A stretch of 64,000 nucleotides of DNA from an uncultured Gemmatimonadales bacterium (GTDB taxonomy: Bacteria; Gemmatimonadota; Gemmatimonadetes; Gemmatimonadales; GWC2-71-9), in NCBI GenBank assembly GCA_963779755.1, contig CAVZZO010000001.1:1536001-1600000 (forward strand), written 5' to 3'. The notes under the pieces are model-generated. The model searched no databases. It had not been told where the DNA came from and saw nothing but the letters and a program-made list of their open reading frames with translations. Of this stretch, positions 57,349 to 64,000 are shown one piece after another (the first letter of the stretch is position 1; each line of letters opens with the position of its first letter). Position numbers and translations under genes: made by a program.

Positions 57349-58422
57349 TCAGTGGATCGAAACCACGATACTCACCGCGATCAGAATGATGATAATCCAC
57401 TCCAGCACCTCCATCCGCCGGGCGCCGGCGCGGTCGGAGAGCTTCTGGTACAGGTTCTCGATCGTCTCCAGTTTCCGCTGAATGCTGGCGTCCCAGTCGG
57501 CCAGGTGAAAGCGCTGGGACACCGTCCGGTAGAGCCGGCCCAGGAACTGGTCGCCGAAGAGCTTGAGCGCGTTGGTGACCCGTTCGAAGAGCAGGGCCGC
57601 GTCCACCTGCATGCCGCCTACCTGGCCCAGCTCGCTTGCCCGCCCGGCGAAGAGTCCCCGGCGATGGGAGAGCGCCTGATAGGCCCGCTCCAGGGCCTGG
57701 TCCAGCTCTTCGTCCAGGTGCCGCATCTCCAGCAGCTGCACGTTGGCGAACTCGAGGATGGCACGCGACTCGTCGCCGTCCGGGTCGTAGATGAGTGCGG
57801 CGTTCCAGTCCACCACGGTGGCGTCGCCCGGTCCGTAGGACAGGCGTGCGGAACGGACATCCTCGATTTCCTGGCCGGATAGCGGGCCGGGGGATGCGCG
57901 GAGAATGCGGGCGATGACCGCCGCCTCATCCCGGCACAGCGCGTCCGCCGGCAGCGGCTCGGTGAAGCCGTCGATCTGAAAGACCAGGTAATCCTCCACC
58001 AAGGTTCCCAGGGCGGGGCGCTCCAGCGCATTCCCGAGCCGGTCCATGAGGTCGCCTACCCGCTCGCGGGCCAGATCGCGCAGCGCCGCATGCTCCGCCA
58101 GCGCATCGCTCAGGGCCGGCAGTGACTCCAGCGGGCCCTCCAGGGGAAGCGTGAAGGCCAGCGACACGGCTCCGAAGTCGAAGAGGACCGCATCCAGGCC
58201 CGGACGGGTGCTCCAGTCTCCGATAGCGACCGGCGCCGCCTCCAGCGGCACCCGGAGCGGCGCCGGCCGGTACTGGAAGGACTGCGGGGCCCGGCGGGTC
58301 TGCCGCAGGCGCTGCCGCTCCGTGGTTGCACGCAACGCCCGCTCGCACGCGTCCAGATCGATGCTCTGGGCGATATCGAAGGCGAAGAACAGGTGACAGC
58401 GCCCCCGCGCGATGTGAGGCAT
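57349..58422 (-). CDS. RMD1/DUF155-like membrane-anchored protein
   Basis: C-terminal MEVLEWIIIILIAVSI; FDFGAVS, VVDWNAA and RFHLADW motifs. Confidence 0.75.
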   Translation of the reverse strand: MPHIARGRCHLFFAFDIAQSIDLDACERALRATTERQRLRQTRRAPQSFQYRPAPLRVPLEAAPVAIGDWSTRPGLDAVLFDFGAVSLAFTLPLEGPLESLPALSDALAEHAALRDLARERVGDLMDRLGNALERPALGTLVEDYLVFQIDGFTEPLPADALCRDEAAVIARILRASPGPLSGQEIEDVRSARLSYGPGDATVVDWNAALIYDPDGDESRAILEFANVQLLEMRHLDEELDQALERAYQALSHRRGLFAGRASELGQVGGMQVDAALLFERVTNALKLFGDQFLGRLYRTVSQRFHLADWDASIQRKLETIENLYQKLSDRAGARRMEVLEWIIIILIAVSIVVSIH

Positions 58423-58657
58423 GGGGGAAGTATAAGGACGGGCGCCACCGGAACCCCTGTCATCCCGAGGCAACAGGGATCGAGAGGGTCGGGTTGGCTG
58501 GAGATCACCCGGCCGCGCGGTTTCCCCGGGGCCACCGGCCTTCCCCGGGCTCTGTCCTCCTTACTTCCCGCTTCATCCCCCGTTCACTGCTCTGCTCTTA
58601 TGCTGGGTCATCTGGCCATGGGCCAGGCACTGTCACCCTCTAGCATGCGGGCTGCCC

Positions 58658-59857
58658 ATGCGACGATCTGGCGCTGTGACTCTGTCCAACGTTGTCTGCC
58701 TGGCGGCGGGGCTGCTGCTCCTGGCTCCCGCGCGGGCGGAGGCGATCCCGGCCTTCGCGCGGCGCTACCGGGTCAGCTGTCAGCTCTGCCACAATGTGAT
58801 CCCCCAGCTCACCACCTTCGGCCGGAATTTCATGGCCAACGGGTATCGGCTGAGCGCGGCGGAGATGCCGCGGGATACCATCGGGACGGGCGATCCCATA
58901 CTCACGCTGCTGGGCAGCCTGCCGCTCGCCGTGCGGCTGGACGCCTACGCCCAGCTCTACGCCAACGGCCGGACCGCCACCGATTTCGAGACGCCCTACC
59001 AGCTGAAGGTGCTCTCCAGCGGCCCCCTGTCGCGGACCTTCTCCTACTACTTCTATGCCTTTCTGGCCGAGCGGGGCGAAGTGGGCGGGGTGGAGGACGC
59101 ATTTCTGTATGTGAACGATATCGGCGGGCAGCCGGTGGACCTGGCCATCGGCCAGTTCCAGGTCTCCGATCCGCTCTTCAAGCGCGAGCTGCGGCTGGAG
59201 TTCGAGGACTATGCCGTCTACCGGGCGCGGATCGGTGAGGTGCCCGCCGACCTGACCTACGACCGCGGGCTCATGGCCACCGCGGAATTCGCCGGCTTCA
59301 CCGTGACCGGCGAACTGCTGAACGGCAACGGCAAGGGCGCTGCGCTGGCCAACCGCCGCTTCGACAACGACCCCGCCAAGAACGCCATGCTTCATGTCAG
59401 CCGCGATCTCGCGCCCGGCTGGCGGCTGGGCTTCTTCGGGTATTACGGCCGCATCACCAGCACCGGACTGCTGAACGAGACCACCATGTTCGGGGCGGAT
59501 GGGACGGTGGAACGCGGGCCGTTCACCCTCAACCTGCAGTATGTGCACCGGGAGGATGATCGTCCGACCTTCCTCCCCGTGGAGGCGCGGAACACCCTGG
59601 ACGGGGGGTTCGGCGAGGTGTTGTTCCGCCCCACCGCCAGCCGCTGGTACGCCTTTGCGCTCTACAACCTGGTGGACTCCGACCGGCCCGTCCTGGACGT
59701 CCGCCTGGGCGGGCCGGTAGGGATCACCCGCTACCAGAGTGCGGCGGCCGGCTTCGGCCACCTCATCCGCCGCAACCTGCGCTGGGTCACCGAGGGGACG
59801 TGGGACTTCGAGGAGGAGGCGTTACGATGGACATTCGGCTTCGTGTCGGCCTTTTGA
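58658..59857 (+). CDS. Second Cyc2-like monoheme cytochrome c-porin fusion (different subtype)
   Basis: Signal peptide ending AEA, then IPAFARRYRVSCQLCHNVIPQLTTFGRNFMANGY; beta-barrel ending FVSAF. Confidence 0.82.
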   Translation: MRRSGAVTLSNVVCLAAGLLLLAPARAEAIPAFARRYRVSCQLCHNVIPQLTTFGRNFMANGYRLSAAEMPRDTIGTGDPILTLLGSLPLAVRLDAYAQLYANGRTATDFETPYQLKVLSSGPLSRTFSYYFYAFLAERGEVGGVEDAFLYVNDIGGQPVDLAIGQFQVSDPLFKRELRLEFEDYAVYRARIGEVPADLTYDRGLMATAEFAGFTVTGELLNGNGKGAALANRRFDNDPAKNAMLHVSRDLAPGWRLGFFGYYGRITSTGLLNETTMFGADGTVERGPFTLNLQYVHREDDRPTFLPVEARNTLDGGFGEVLFRPTASRWYAFALYNLVDSDRPVLDVRLGGPVGITRYQSAAAGFGHLIRRNLRWVTEGTWDFEEEALRWTFGFVSAF

Positions 59858-60210
59858 TCGGGGGGGTGGCGCTGGCCGCCCCCGAAGCCGGGGCGCAGGC
59901 CCCGGACTCCCTGCCGCCGGCGGTCAGGGCGGCCATGATCGAGCGGGGGCGCGCGGTGTTCTCGGGCCCGGGGGCCTGTTTCGCCTGCCACGGCAGCGAT
60001 GCGCGCGGCGCCCTGGGGCCCAGCCTGGCGGACAGCGTCTGGCTGCACAGCGACGGCAGCTACGAAGCGATCATCCAGCAGGTGCAACAGGGTGTGCCCG
60101 CCGCCCAGTCGAAGTCGGGCGTGGTCATGCCCCCGCGCGGCGGGACGCAGCTCAGTGATCAGGATGTGCGCGCCGTGGCGGCGTATGTGTGGAGTCTCAC
60201 GCGGAGCTAG
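59827..60210 (+). CDS. Small secreted monoheme class I cytochrome c
   Basis: CFACHG, GPSLAD..WLH, distal MPP.GG and VAAYV motifs; overlaps the upstream gene end. Confidence 0.88.
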   Translation: MDIRLRVGLLIGGVALAAPEAGAQAPDSLPPAVRAAMIERGRAVFSGPGACFACHGSDARGALGPSLADSVWLHSDGSYEAIIQQVQQGVPAAQSKSGVVMPPRGGTQLSDQDVRAVAAYVWSLTRS

Positions 60211-60321
60211 GGACCGTTTCCCGCGGTTCCGGCTCGCGCCGGCCGCCCGCTTCCCGGTCCTTTACCCGCGCACCGCTCTGGAGTAACCTCCGGGGGTCAC
60301 TGCCAAGGACAGCGATCCCAC

Positions 60322-62004
60322 GTGCCCGATCGGACCGTCTCGCAGCGCCGGCTCATCCTCGATACCGTCCTGCTGGGCGCGGCGGGTGCGGCGGCGGCCC
60401 TGCTCTTCACCTGGCTGGTCCGGCTGGGCAATGACCTGCTGCTGGGCGGCATTGCGGGCTACTATCCCCCCGGCCTTCCGACCGAAGGCGGCGTGGCCAC
60501 CGAGCGGATCGGGCCCTACGGTCTCTGGCTGGTTCCGCTTTCTACCGCTCTGGGTGGCCTGATCGTCGGATTCCTGGCCACCCGTTTCGCACCGGAAACC
60601 GAAGGCCACGGTACCGACACCGCGGTCCGGGCATTCCACCGCGCGGGCGGCCTGCTGCGGGCCCGGGTCGCGCCGCTCAAGATGATCGCCTCCGCCATCA
60701 CCATCGGGTCCGGCGGCTCGGCGGGCCGCGAGGGGCCGGTGGCGCTGGTGGCCGCCTCGATCGGGTCCTGGTACGGCACCATCTCCGGCCGCTCCGAGCG
60801 CGACCGCCGGCTGCTGCTGTTGATCGGCCTCTCGGCCGGACTCGCCGCCATCTTCCGCTCGCCCATCGGCACCGCCTTCTTCGCGGTAGAAGTGCTCTAC
60901 AGCAACATGGAGTTCGAGTCCCGGGCGCTGCTGTACACCATGATCGCCTCGATCGTGGCCTATGCCCTGAACGGCCTCGTGGTCGGCTGGCGGCCGCTGT
61001 TCCTCATCCCCGCCGGCATTTCCCTCAGCGGGCCGCTGGATTACGCCTGGTATGTGGTGCTGGGGGTCGCCGCCGGGATCTTCGCCACCCTGTTGCCGGC
61101 GGTCTTCTATCAGACCCGCGACCTGTTCCGGCGGCTGCCGGTCGCGCCCATGTGGCGGCCGGCCATCGGCGGCCTGGGCGTGGGCATCATCGCTCTGGCG
61201 GTGCCCCAGGTACTGGGCGGCGGCTACGGCTGGATGCAGGATGCGATCGACGGCCGGATCGCGGTCCTCACGCTGGTGGTTCTGCTCTTCGCCAAGCTGA
61301 TCGCCATGAGCCTCACCGTCGGCTCCGGCGGATCCGGCGGCATCTTCGCGCCCAGCCTCTTTCTGGGCGGCATGCTGGGCGGCCTGCTGGCGGCGGCGCT
61401 GCACCAGCCGCCCGCCCCCTTCGTGGTGGTCGGGATGGCCGCCGTCTTTGCCGGCGCGGCTCACATTCCCATGGCCACGCTCATGATGGTGACGGAGATG
61501 ACGGGCGGCTATACCCTGCTGGTGCCCGCCGCGCTGGCGGTGATGTTGAGCTATCTGGTGCAGTCGCGGCTGTCGCAGCGGCTCCGCTACCGCAGCATGT
61601 ACGAGACCCAGGTCTCGGGTCGGGCGGACAGCGCCGCCCACCGGACCGAGCACCTGGGTATCGCCCTGCGCATCCTGCGGGAGGGCAAGCTTGCCTCCGT
61701 CTCGGGCATCGGGCCGCTGGACCTCATGACGCTGCTCAAGTCCGGGATCCCGGTCGAGCTGCCGGACGGGCGCCGGCTCGGCATCGGGGTGCTCCGGCCC
61801 GATAGTACGCTGCTGCAGGATCCCGCAGGCGGCGGTCGTGCCCCACTGGGCGAGGGAGCCGAAATCGTGGCCGTCCTGCGGGGGGCGGGGACCACCCCCG
61901 TGGGTCGGGACCAGAGCCTCCAGCCGGGCGACCGTGTGATCGTGCTGGGCCCCCCCCGGACCCTGGAGCAGCTGATCGGCAAGCACCTGGATCCCTCTCC
62001 GTAG
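60322..62004 (+). CDS. CLC-family chloride transporter with a TrkA_C/RCK_C-like C-terminus
   Basis: EGHGTD, GREGP and GGIFAP signatures; C-terminal VAVLRG...LQPGDRVIVLG. Confidence 0.9.
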   Translation: MPDRTVSQRRLILDTVLLGAAGAAAALLFTWLVRLGNDLLLGGIAGYYPPGLPTEGGVATERIGPYGLWLVPLSTALGGLIVGFLATRFAPETEGHGTDTAVRAFHRAGGLLRARVAPLKMIASAITIGSGGSAGREGPVALVAASIGSWYGTISGRSERDRRLLLLIGLSAGLAAIFRSPIGTAFFAVEVLYSNMEFESRALLYTMIASIVAYALNGLVVGWRPLFLIPAGISLSGPLDYAWYVVLGVAAGIFATLLPAVFYQTRDLFRRLPVAPMWRPAIGGLGVGIIALAVPQVLGGGYGWMQDAIDGRIAVLTLVVLLFAKLIAMSLTVGSGGSGGIFAPSLFLGGMLGGLLAAALHQPPAPFVVVGMAAVFAGAAHIPMATLMMVTEMTGGYTLLVPAALAVMLSYLVQSRLSQRLRYRSMYETQVSGRADSAAHRTEHLGIALRILREGKLASVSGIGPLDLMTLLKSGIPVELPDGRRLGIGVLRPDSTLLQDPAGGGRAPLGEGAEIVAVLRGAGTTPVGRDQSLQPGDRVIVLGPPRTLEQLIGKHLDPSP

Positions 62005-62103
62005 ATTCCCCGACGTTACCCTGACAAATCTCTTTGCTACATTGGGTTGCACCGCTTCTGGGATGTCCCCCCATCCCAGGGCCCTCATGCGACTCCTATC
62101 CGC

Positions 62104-64000
62104 GTGACCGACCAACAACAGATCGAGGATCCCCCCCGGCTTCCGGAGGAGCATCGCGAGCTGCTGGTGGAGCTGGCCAACGCTCTCCTCAAGCATGCCA
62201 TGTACCCCGACGGCCACCCCATGCTGCTCTCCGCAGCGGACGGGCTGGTGCAGCGGCTGGCATCGGTGCTGCGCCAGCGCCCGGCGCTGGCGCTGGGGGT
62301 GACGCCGCGGCAGTTGATCGTGGGCGGCGCGGCTACCGACCGGGGCAATACCTTCATGGTCGAATTCGCCGGCAGGCTGCACCGGCGCAACGTGGGCGTC
62401 ATCCGGTTCCAGCAGGGGGTGGAGCGGACCGAACTGGTCGAATTGTTGCGCGTTATTGCGCGCGACGGCAGCGCCGAGACCGGGATCAGCGTCCATCAGT
62501 GGCCGCACGTGCGGCTGCATCCGCTCTCCTATGGGCAGCTGGAACTGCTGGGCAGCACCCCGCTACTGGCCGCGATGTCGTCCGACTCGTGGGCCAGCGG
62601 GTTGTGGCGCGAGCTGAGCCAGGTGGCGCTGGACGATTTCGGCGCGGACGGTTCGCTGGCCGATCCCGAGGCGATCGCGAAGGCTATCGAGGCACGCGAC
62701 TGGGACCCGGCGTACGGCCAGAAGGTCGTCGGCTTCCTGAGCGACGTGGTGGATGCCTGCCGTACGCGCGGCGGCGCCGAGGCGGCCGCGCTGCAGCATC
62801 GGACCTCCCGGCTCATCGCTTCGATGTCCCGGACCACGCTCGAGCGGCTGATGGCGTTGGAAATCGACTCGGCGCAGCGCCAGCGCTTCGTCAACGAGGT
62901 CTCCGAAGCCATGGCGGTGGAAGCGGTGCTCGACCTGGTGCAGGCGGCCGCCGCGGCGTCCAGCCGGACGCTCTCGCCCGCCATGGTGCAGCTCCTCACC
63001 AAGCTGGCCACCCACGCGAGCCGGGGCGAGCCCGGCGTGCGGGAGCACGCCGAGTATGCCTTCCGGGACCAGGTGCGGCAGCTGATCTCGGGCTGGGACC
63101 ACTGGGAAAACCCCGCCCCGGAGCAGTACCAGCACACGCTCGACCATGTGCCGGCGACCCTCCCGGTGGCGGTGCCGCGGTCGGCCCAGCCGGTGGAACC
63201 GGAGCGGGTGCTTGCGATCAGCCTGGAAGTGGGGGTGGTCGGGCCCGCCTCCGAACGCGCGGTGGAGGAGTTGCTGGCCGGCGGCCGCGTTACCGCCCTG
63301 CTGGACCTGCTGGATCACAACGCCGACTCCCCCGCGGCGGCCAGCATCAGGGAGCGGGTTCTCACCCCGGAAGCGCTGGAACGGCTGCTGGCGGTTGAGC
63401 GGCCGGACTGGCCGGCAGTGGAGCGTCTGACCGACGCGCTGGGCGGCCGCGCGGTGCCGCCGCTGGTCGATCTGGTGACGCTGGCACAGGATGCCGCGGT
63501 GCTCGACCATCTGGTGCGGCTGGTGCTCCCCCTGGGAGAGCCGGCGGTTCGGGTGGTGCTGGAGCGGCTGCCCGAGGCGCCCTGGCCGGAGCAGCGCAAC
63601 CTGCTGGTGCTGCTGGCACGCTTCCCCACGCTGCCGAGCGATTTCGCGCCGGCGGCCTTTACCCGGCACGAGGATCTCGAGATCCGCTACGAAGCCCTGC
63701 GCATCCTGCTGGGCTCGCCCGCGGTGCGCACCCGTGCCATCTGCGATGCCCTGGCCACGGGCGAAGGCCGCAGTGTGCGGGCCGGGGTCGTCGCCGCCGC
63801 CGAGCAGTGTCCAGCCGCCGCGGTGCCGGTGATTGTCCGGCTGCTGCGCAGGCACGACATGGAAGAGGGTCTCCGGCCGGTGGCGGTCCGGGCTATCGCG
63901 GCGGTGCCGGTCCGGGCCACCATCGACTGTCTCACCGGCCTCTGCCTCACGCGCACTCGCGTCCTGCGCCGGCTCCGGCTGGCGCCCCGCAGCCCGGCGA
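62104..64000 (+). CDS. HEAT-repeat protein (partial; runs off the window end)
   Basis: Not in the ORF track. From GTG at 62104 it reads VTDQQQ...ELANALLKHAMYPDGHPML, followed by helical repeats (W..QRNLL..L, IRYEAL); I saw no in-frame stop up to the window end. Confidence 0.8.
   Translation, partial: MTDQQQIEDPPRLPEEHRELLVELANALLKHAMYPDGHPMLLSAADGLVQRLASVLRQRPALALGVTPRQLIVGGAATDRGNTFMVEFAGRLHRRNVGVIRFQQGVERTELVELLRVIARDGSAETGISVHQWPHVRLHPLSYGQLELLGSTPLLAAMSSDSWASGLWRELSQVALDDFGADGSLADPEAIAKAIEARDWDPAYGQKVVGFLSDVVDACRTRGGAEAAALQHRTSRLIASMSRTTLERLMALEIDSAQRQRFVNEVSEAMAVEAVLDLVQAAAAASSRTLSPAMVQLLTKLATHASRGEPGVREHAEYAFRDQVRQLISGWDHWENPAPEQYQHTLDHVPATLPVAVPRSAQPVEPERVLAISLEVGVVGPASERAVEELLAGGRVTALLDLLDHNADSPAAASIRERVLTPEALERLLAVERPDWPAVERLTDALGGRAVPPLVDLVTLAQDAAVLDHLVRLVLPLGEPAVRVVLERLPEAPWPEQRNLLVLLARFPTLPSDFAPAAFTRHEDLEIRYEALRILLGSPAVRTRAICDALATGEGRSVRAGVVAAAEQCPAAAVPVIVRLLRRHDMEEGLRPVAVRAIAAVPVRATIDCLTGLCLTRTRVLRRLRLAPRSPA

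Overview
GC-rich bacterial chromosome segment, probably Gemmatimonadota. That is an inference from gene types: a BTAD-TPR regulator, Ig-like lipoproteins, a YPxGHP/HEAT protein and many Tat-exported oxidoreductases. In order, it contains: a truncated sufE-like gene; a 12-kb glycoside oxidation/elimination/hydration (Gul-type) cluster; divergent icd/aceK; a five-tRNA cluster and a csp gene; a patchy stretch with an orphan radical SAM gene, a frameshifted VOC remnant and five envelope proteins of unknown function; and housekeeping or secreted hydrolases, two large Ig-repeat lipoproteins, two more tRNAs and an FtsH paralogue. The main highlight is two different Cyc2-like heme-c/porin fusion genes (29.6 kb and 58.7 kb), each near a small c-type cytochrome and a CLC transporter. 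Many intergenic spacers are built from inverted 7-9-mer tandem arrays, and a 54-56 bp hairpin element occurs three times. I found no CRISPR array, integrase, transposase or rRNA gene. All calls come from motif recognition by eye; no searches were run.
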